NCBI GenBank assembly: GCA_963785725.1
Contig: CAWAWS010000007.1
Coordinates: forward strand, 480,001 to 544,000
Direction of reading: 5' to 3'
DNA: 64,000 nt
Source: an uncultured delta proteobacterium
Lineage (GTDB): Bacteria > Myxococcota_A > Polyangia > Palsa-1104
How positions within the stretch are numbered: position 1 is the first letter of the stretch; each line of letters starts with the position of its first letter. Both the position numbers and the translations under genes were made by a program. Shown piece by piece: positions 59,626 through 64,000 of this stretch. The notes beneath the pieces are model-generated. The model was not told the origin of the DNA. It saw only the letters and a list, made by a program, of their open reading frames with translations, and made no database searches.

Positions 59626-60011
59626 GTCAGGTCGTTCTGGCGGAACGCGTGCGGCAAGAGCGCGCCGAGCGTCGTATCGCTGCGTTCGCCGGCGTCATTG
59701 ACGAGCGCGACGGGCAGATCGTCGTCGCCGAACTCGGCCAGCACCTGGCGACACATGCCGCACGGCGCCGCCGGCGGTGACGATGCCGTGATGACGGCGA
59801 CGGCGGCCAGGCGCGTCTCGCCCGCGGCGACGGCGGCGGCGATGGCGCTGCGCTCGGCGCACAAGGCGAGGCCGTAGGACGCGTTCTCGACGTTGGCGCC
59901 GACGAAGACGCGACCGCTGGCGGTGCGAACGGCGGCGCCGACTTTATAGCGCGAGTAGGGTGCGTGGGCGTTTTCGCGGACGCGACGGGCCGCTTCGATG
60001 AGCTCGTTCAT
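59622..60011 (-). CDS. cdd: Cytidine deaminase
   Basis: APYSRYKVGAA, NVENASYGL..CAE, PCGMCRQ. Confidence 0.95.
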   Translation of the reverse strand: MNELIEAARRVRENAHAPYSRYKVGAAVRTASGRVFVGANVENASYGLALCAERSAIAAAVAAGETRLAAVAVITASSPPAAPCGMCRQVLAEFGDDDLPVALVNDAGERSDTTLGALLPHAFRQNDLT

Positions 60012-60382
60012 AGGCATCGTTCGCGACGCGAAGTCGCGGCAGTAAGAGAGTATGCGCGGCGTTCCGTGGCAGCAAAAGCGTGTGCGCGGCGCTTCCCGGC
60101 GGCAAACGCCCGACCGAACGCCTCGACTACGCCCGGCCTGCGCGCGGAATGAGCGGCCGCGTCGGCTGCGGTCGCGCCCGCCGTGCGCGCCGACGCCGTG
60201 GTCATTCCGCCCGTCGTTGGCGCCAACTCCACCGCCGCCGTCGCCGTGGTCATTCGGCGCGCCGTTGGCGCCAACGCCGCCGCCGTCGCCGCGGTGATTC
60301 CGCCCGCCGTTGGCGCCGACTCCGACGCCGCCGACTCCGCGGTGATTCTGCCCGCCGTTCGCGTCGCCGCCGCCGCGGTCAT
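60008..60382 (-). CDS. Possible repeat-derived 124-aa ORF between PNP and cdd
   Basis: ATGA overlaps at both ends; internal repeat periods 36/48/45/48 are all multiples of 3. Confidence 0.4.
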   Translation of the reverse strand: MTAAAATRTAGRITAESAASESAPTAGGITAATAAALAPTARRMTTATAAVELAPTTGGMTTASARTAGATAADAAAHSARRPGVVEAFGRAFAAGKRRAHAFAATERRAYSLTAATSRRERCL

Positions 60383-61227
60383 TCCGCCAGCCGCTCGAGA
60401 ATGCGGCCCAGCAGCGCCATGAACTGCCCGCGCACGCGCGTCGCCGTCTCGGTCACCTCGGCATGCGACAGCTTGTGCGGCGTGATCCCCGCCGCCGCGT
60501 TCGTGCAGCACGACAGCCCGAGCACGCGCGCCCCCATGTGCGCCGCCACGATGACTTCCGGCACCGTCGACATGCCGGCCAAATCCGCGCCCAGCGTCCG
60601 CAGCATGCGCACTTCGGCCGGCGTCTCGTACTGCGGTCCCGGCAGCCCGGCGTACACGCCTTCGCGCAGCGTCACGCCGATGTCGCGCCCGGCCGCCGCC
60701 GCCAACGTGCGCAGCGCCGGATCGTAGGCGGTCGTCATGTCGGGAAAGCGCGGCCCCAGCCGCTCGTCGTTGGGCCCGCGCAGCGGCGATCCGCCCATCA
60801 GGTTCAAATGATCGCGAATGATGACGATCTCGCCCGCCGACAGCGTCACGTCGACACCACCGGCCGCATTCGTGATGACGAGCGTCGTACAGCCGGCGCC
60901 GATGAGCACGCGCGCCGGGAACGCCACGCGCGCCAGATCATGCCCTTCGTACGAATGAATCCGCCCTTGCAGCGCCAACACCTCGACGCCGTGACGGCCA
61001 TAGACGACGTTTCCGGCGTGCCCGACGATCGTCGATGGCGGAAAGCCCGGCAGCCGCCCGAACGGCACGACCACCCGGTCGGCCAGGGTATCCGCGAACG
61101 CGCCCAAGCCCGAGCCGAGGATGAGCCCGACCGTCGGCCGCGCCTCCGCCGGCAGCGCCGCGCGCAAGGCCGCGATCGCCGCCGCCAGCTCGCTCGACGC
61201 GGCCTCCGTCGCACCGTCATGGCTCAT
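60379..61227 (-). CDS. punA: Purine nucleoside phosphorylase (trimeric PunA/XapA type)
   Basis: LILGSGLG, GRIHSYEG, TNAAGG, GPQYETPAE, GMSTVPE. Confidence 0.94.
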   Translation of the reverse strand: MSHDGATEAASSELAAAIAALRAALPAEARPTVGLILGSGLGAFADTLADRVVVPFGRLPGFPPSTIVGHAGNVVYGRHGVEVLALQGRIHSYEGHDLARVAFPARVLIGAGCTTLVITNAAGGVDVTLSAGEIVIIRDHLNLMGGSPLRGPNDERLGPRFPDMTTAYDPALRTLAAAAGRDIGVTLREGVYAGLPGPQYETPAEVRMLRTLGADLAGMSTVPEVIVAAHMGARVLGLSCCTNAAAGITPHKLSHAEVTETATRVRGQFMALLGRILERLAE

Positions 61228-61297
61228 CGGACGACCTCGACGACGAGCGGCGAGGGCGGCGTCGGCATCGGCGACAGCTTCGCTGCGGCCCGTGGGC

Positions 61298-62589
<1,292 letters not shown>

Positions 62590-62593
<4 letters not shown>

Positions 62594-63762
62594 GTGACGG
62601 CGTCCAAGAAGCTGAGCCCGCGCGAGCGCGGCTTTAGGCCAAAGCCGTCGGCGAGCGTCTGCGCGATGTCGTAAAAGCCGTTGCGGACGCCGAGATCGTG
62701 ACCGGCGGCGCGCGCGCTCATCGCGAGCAGCGGCACGAACTCGCGCGTGTGATCGGTCCCGCGATAGGTCGGATCGTTGCCGTGATCGGCGGTGATGAGC
62801 ACGAGATCGCGCGGTCCCAACTGCCGCTGCAGCTTCGGCAAGAAGGCGTCGAACTCCTGCAGCGCGCGATAGTAGCCTTCGGGATCGCGGCGATGGCCGT
62901 AGAGCATGTCGAAGTCGACGAGGTTGGTGAACACGAGGCCGCGCTCGATGCGACCGAGCGCCTCGATGGTGCGCGTACAGCCGTCGGCGTTGCCTTCGGT
63001 GTGCACGTTCTCGGTCACGCCTTGGCCGGCGAAGATGTCCCAGATTTTGCCGACGCCGATGACGGGCAAGCTCGCGTCGGCGATGGCGTCGAGCACGGTC
63101 GGCGCCGGCGGCGGCATCGAGAAGTCGCGGCGATTGTAGGTGCGCTTGAACTTGCCCGGCTCGCCCACGAACGGCCGCGCGATCACGCGCGCCACCGGCA
63201 ATTCGTCGCACAATTTACGCGCGATCTCGCTGATGCTCATCAGCTCGGCGACGGGAATGACCTCCTCGTGCGCCGCGATCTGAAACACGCTGTCGGCCGA
63301 CGTATAGATGATCGGCTTGCCCGTCTTCATGTGCTCGGCGCCGAGCTCGTCGAGGATCTCGGTGCCCGAGGCCGTCTTGTTCCCGAGCGTGCCGCGCCCG
63401 ATCTGCTGCTCGAAGCGGCGCATGAAGTCGGCCGGAAAGCCATGCGGATAGGTCGGGAACGCCGTGTCGACCTGCAGGCCGCTCATCTCCCAATGGCCCG
63501 TCGTCGTGTCTTTGCCGGCCGACGCTTCGCGCATCTTGCCGAACGCGCCGCGCGGCGCCGCGACGGGCGGCACGCCCAAGATCGTCGTCAGATGGCCGAG
63601 CCCCAGCCCTTGCAAATGCGGCAAGGTCAAGCCGCCGACGCGCACGCTCATGTTGCCGAGCGTGTTGGCGCCGTCGTCGCCGTAGCTCTTGGCATCGGGC
63701 GCCGCGCCGCAGCCGCACGAGTCGAGGACCATCAAGACGACGCGATCGAAAGTATGACGCAC
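62590..63762 (-). CDS. deoB: Phosphopentomutase
   Basis: VLDSCGCG, GKDTTTGHWE, YTSADSVFQIAAHE, DMLYGHRRD, ADHGNDP, DHTRE. Confidence 0.96.
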
Positions 63763-63764
63763 GA

Positions 63765-64000
63765 CTAATACCCCTTGCTCGGCTGCTTGCCGCTCTCGGC
63801 GGCGACCTTCGCGTTCACGATCGCCACCGACGCCGACGCGCCGATGCGATTGGCGCCGGCGGCGCGCATCTTCTCGGCGTCTTCGTGCGTGCGCACGCCG
63901 CCCGACGCCTTGACGCCCATCTCGTCGCCGACGAGCTTGCGCATGAGCGCGATGTCCTCGACCGTCGCGCCGCCCGGCCCGAAGCCCGTCGACGTCTTCA
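63765..64000 (-). CDS. deoC: Deoxyribose-phosphate aldolase, C-terminal part
   Basis: Manual translation: [15 protein letters not shown]...[10 protein letters not shown]...GANRIGAS. Confidence 0.93.
   Translation of the reverse strand, partial: KTSTGFGPGGATVEDIALMRKLVGDEMGVKASGGVRTHEDAEKMRAAGANRIGASASVAIVNAKVAAESGKQPSKGY

Overview
High-GC bacterial chromosomal window, probably Myxococcota (Polyangia-like), judged from a MYXO-CTERM-type tail, a myxobacterial PilZ family protein and a type III export ATPase/stator pair. About 55 CDS are present: an SctN/FliI-SctL/FliH pair preceded by LemA and two TPM genes; rsmD-coaD-aminotransferase; fbaB; a CDF transporter; rimK with a RimB-type protease fusion; a PocR sigma54 activator; yacG; a glycosylation cluster; sodC; mutM; rnhA; metF; a SpoIVB peptidase pair; argCB; a sulfatase; trxC; and a deoC-deoB-pdp-PNP-cdd-deaminase salvage operon. 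I recognised no rRNA, tRNA, cas or transposase genes. Several single-base frameshifts in conserved genes look like long-read indel errors. The main unexplained signal is a dispersed AT-rich palindromic repeat (core TTGTGC-N4-GCACAA, invariant TGC-N4-GC) at about 20 loci, often in 21-bp-period arrays. It occurs in putative promoters, at gene junctions, as in-frame insertions in enzymes and inside signal peptides. A candidate reader, an AT-hook plus PhaR-type DNA-binding protein, is encoded in the window with one such site inside its own predicted promoter spacer; this pairing is inference. A second recurrent pattern is duplication of gene 3' ends, several of which create translationally coupled mini-ORFs. 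A 161-bp MITE-like element and three other local repeat families are also present.
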